A stretch of 63,032 nucleotides of DNA, filler included, from Piptocephalis cylindrospora (Eukaryota): assembly GCA_003614145.1 (NCBI GenBank). It is 23 parts of 23 records of this genome, joined end to end, with 100 filler letters (N's around TTAATTAATTAA, not from the genome) between each part and the next. Parts side by side here need not be neighbours in the genome. Positions count along the whole stretch, not along the records: positions 60,420 to 63,032 come from KZ988906.1; 22 more parts are not named here. One strand, written 5' to 3'. The notes beneath the pieces are model-generated. The model saw only the letters and a program-made list of their open reading frames with translations. It did not search any database and had not been told where the DNA came from. Of the stretch, positions 62,250-63,032 are shown piece by piece. Every line of letters starts with the position of its first letter. Position 1 is the stretch's first letter. The translations under genes and the position numbers were made by a program.

Positions 62250-63032
62250 AGAAGCAATCCATGGAGCATCGCGTGCACCATTGCTGATAGTTTTGGTGTG
62301 CAATGGATCTAATCCTTTAGGCCTGTAAACGCAATCCGGAAGGAGAGGGACAAATATTTAGAAGTTCTGGAAATGGCTCCATATGTCTTTTTGGCCAGTT
62401 CTCAAACTTACATCTTCTGGTGAGTTTTGATCATTCCAGTCGCACTTGGGTTCTCCTAAGCATACTCGAATCAGCCACACCACTTTATGCAATTGTATGG
62501 TGAATTATACCCACTTCGAGCTCTCGTGTCTGCTTCCCCGGATCAACTCATCTCCCTCTATGTTCAATGCCATGCCACGAATCTTCTAAAACAATATCAC
62601 TCAATACATCCTCTTGGGCTATTCGTTTCGTTTTATATCGTGATTATGCGCCCAATTAGTGCTTTATTAGCCTCGTGTATTAGATTCAGGATGAGGATAC
62701 CCGTTCTAAAAGACGATACTATCCTTCCAGCATTCCCCCCAAATCAATCACATGTAAAAGGCTATGACGGATTTCAGAATACTCAAAATTAAATGTACTA
62801 TTGCACTGTTTAGGCGCCATGAACCACCTTCATCTTTGGTGGGTATGAATACGTCTTGGTATTTTAGACACGAGAGTACAGCGGGAATGAAGGGATGTGA
62901 CATTTATACACATTGTCTCTCTCACTTCATCCCACCTTCATGTATAGGGCACACGTCGGGAACATTGTTTCTGGTACTACGCAGGCCGGCCGAATGAGGC
63001 GGGTTATGCATTTGGATGCCTTTAGCGCCTAC
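62250..63032 (+). mobile_element. Family A copy 3 with possible longer LINE remnant upstream, cut by the window end
   Basis: 62984-63032 matches family A. A degenerate C-x-C-x5-H-x4-C (LCNCMVNYTHFELSC) starts at about 62485, and an ORF ends RRPAE* inside the motif. The upstream extent is uncertain. Confidence 0.6.

Noticed and set aside
1..63032. Apparent gene neighbourhoods or a cluster across the window, such as UBC8 with ARMC8 or several mitochondrial genes
   Set aside because: Contigs are joined by artificial linkers in size order, so adjacency across linkers has no biological meaning.

Overview
This is not one locus. It is 23 unrelated contigs of about 2.6-2.7 kb, roughly sorted by decreasing size and joined by 22 artificial 100-nt linkers (44 N + TTAATTAATTAA + 44 N), so nothing across a linker is synteny. 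The DNA is eukaryotic and fungal, with short GT-AG introns and compact genes. Gene content and the fragmented, chimera-rich assembly suggest an amplified single-cell genome of an early-diverging fungus, possibly a zoopagalean mycoparasite such as Piptocephalis (inference only). Most genes are housekeeping fragments: ABCC transporter, MscS, PET117, KH protein, UTP23, JJJ1, homocysteine methyltransferase, MED16, SHPRH/IRC20, UBC8, importin-alpha, FIG4, Rictor, PDX2, ERG12, ARMC8, RLP24, PAM18, COA3, RPL25, UPF1 and a 4CL-like ligase. The most interesting signals are mostly missed by the ORF track: (1) two families of very short retroposed elements with 14-16 bp target-site duplications, a terminal hairpin, an AATAAA-like signal and CAA-type tails, one family showing hairpin covariation; (2) a GPI-anchored BIM1/X325-like protein whose copper ligands look swapped; (3) a nested structured element upstream of that gene; (4) a GPI protein with elastin-like pentapeptide repeats; (5) a phased GGATCC cluster. 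Several striking 55-nt terminal repeats are best explained as amplification or assembly artefacts.
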